Source: Octopus vulgaris (lineage: Eukaryota). From it: a stretch of DNA of 64,000 nucleotides. The stretch is from positions 36,518,001 to 36,582,000 of the forward strand of contig OX597816.1 in NCBI GenBank assembly GCA_951406725.2, in the 5' to 3' direction. Below are positions 63,739 to 64,000 of the stretch, piece by piece. The notes beneath the pieces were generated by a model. That model did no database searches. It worked only from the letters and a program-made list of their open reading frames with translations, and was not told the origin of the DNA. A program made the translations under genes and the position numbers. How positions within the stretch are numbered: the stretch's first letter is position 1; each line of letters begins with the position of its first letter.

Positions 63739-64000
63739 AATCATGTATCATCACACACTTGTATCTGTACAAGTCTGAAATGATATAAACATCAAGTCTT
63801 GATGGCAATTATGTTGAGAATTTGCTACATCGCATGATATCTTTAGGTTGTCCTAAATGATCAGTAGAAACAGAGCTAATTTGTTTTCTGATATATTAAA
63901 CTCGGTAATATTAAGGAACGATATTGAATTTTGTAGCACAATCTTGACACAGATCGATGGAAATAGATAAATAGATCTACTTGTATTCAACGTTAACGAA

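Overview
AT-rich eukaryotic (animal) repetitive DNA, intronic or intergenic, with no host protein-coding exon that I can support. The SINE families and the very high (TA)n/(CA)n/(GATA)n microsatellite density resemble an octopus (coleoid cephalopod) genome, which is an inference. The window is a mosaic of tRNA-derived SINEs, CR1-type and R4/Dong-type LINE remnants, an L1/Tx1-like ORF1 remnant, Tc1/mariner and hAT-like DNA transposons, non-autonomous Helitrons, and several Penelope-like retroelements (PLEs). One PLE keeps an open RT + GIY-YIG frame (23900-25330). The most interesting signal is not in the ORF track: about 15 minimal type-I hammerhead-ribozyme (HHR) motifs from several unrelated sequence families. 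Many have palindromic stem III, and several form outward-facing inverted pairs anchored in (TA)n tracts (19491-20797, 47028-47443, 59970-60321). Recurrent core variants occur (U4C, U3-A8, A9C, extra A after A9). Nearly all short ORFs in the supplied track are microsatellite translations. All motifs were read by eye, and the ends of degenerate elements are approximate.
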